This document shows, in pieces, positions 6,266-6,745 of a stretch of 6,745 nt of DNA. The stretch lies in IMG/VR virus record IMGVR_UViG_2526164649_000019; one strand, written 5' to 3'. Both the position numbers and the translations under genes were made by a program. The notes under the pieces were generated by a model, which had not been told where the DNA came from, made no database searches, and saw only the letters and a list, made by a program, of their open reading frames with translations. This stretch comes from a virus (taxonomy: Duplodnaviria > Heunggongvirae > Uroviricota > Caudoviricetes). The number at the start of each line of letters is the position of its first letter. Position 1 is the first letter of the stretch.

Positions 6266-6745
6266 GTGGAGGGCAACACCACGCTTTACGCCCTGCCGAA
6301 ACCCGAGGTTGTCCTGCGCTGGCGTGAACAGACCACAGATGACTTCCGCTTCTGTTTTAAGTTTCCGGCGACCATTTCGCATCAGGCAGCATTACGACAT
6401 TGCGATGATTTAGTGACTGAATTTTTGACCCGCATGTCACCGTTGGCTCCGCGCATTGGGCAATACTGGCTGCAACTGCCTGCCACATTCGGCCCACGGG
6501 AGCTGCCTGCGCTTTGGCATTTTCTCGATTCTCTCCCTGGCGAATTTAATTATGGTGTGGAAGTCCGCCATCCACAGTTTTTCGCCAAAGGGGAAGAGGA
6601 ACAAACGCTTAATCGCGGTTTACATCAGCGCGGCGTTAATCGGGTGATTTTAGACAGCCGCCCGGTTCATGCATCACGTCCACACAGTGAAGCTATTCGC
6701 GACGCTCAACGAAAAAACCTAAAGTTCCGGTACATGCTGTACTGA
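6251..6745 (+). pseudogene. yecE: 3' portion of the host gene yecE (DUF72 family), interrupted near its 5' end by the prophage; possibly also prematurely terminated at 6743-6745
   Basis: Frame reads ...RHVNCVEGNTTLYALPKPEVVLRWREQTTDDFRFCFKFPATISHQAAL..., which matches my recollection of E. coli YecE from about residue 30 onward. There is no ATG or RBS for this fragment (the ORF track begins it at GTG 6266). yecE is a documented integration site for lambdoid (including Stx) phages. Confidence 0.55.

Noticed and set aside
6456-6647. 63-aa + strand ORF inside the yecE fragment
   Set aside because: Out-of-frame shadow ORF within the yecE reading frame.

Overview
This window looks like the integrase-proximal (attL) end of a decayed lambdoid prophage inserted in the host gene yecE, and its most interesting content is a seven-gene, same-strand accessory cassette that includes a truncated sliding-clamp (DnaN-like) protein. 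All calls rest on reading the sequence and on motif recall from memory; no database search was run. Left to right on the + strand: (1) bases 1-562, the right-hand part of an IS3-family insertion sequence, which appears to cut the cassette off from the rest of the prophage; (2) bases 838-3725, seven tightly packed genes: a 62-aa two-helix membrane protein translationally coupled to an SPFH/band-7 lipoprotein, an ORF6N (KilA-N-like) protein translationally coupled to the 189-aa DnaN-like 'mini-clamp', a 27-aa hydrophobic peptide, and two small proteins of 80 and 48 aa; (3) a tyrosine integrase gene split in two (3734-3896 and 5149-6239) by a nearly complete IS911-like element on the minus strand (about 3898-5145); (4) the integrase stop, a putative att core, and the 3' part of yecE running to the window end. 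The two candidate undescribed modules are the SPFH pair and the ORF6N/mini-clamp pair. No rRNA, tRNA or CRISPR array is present.
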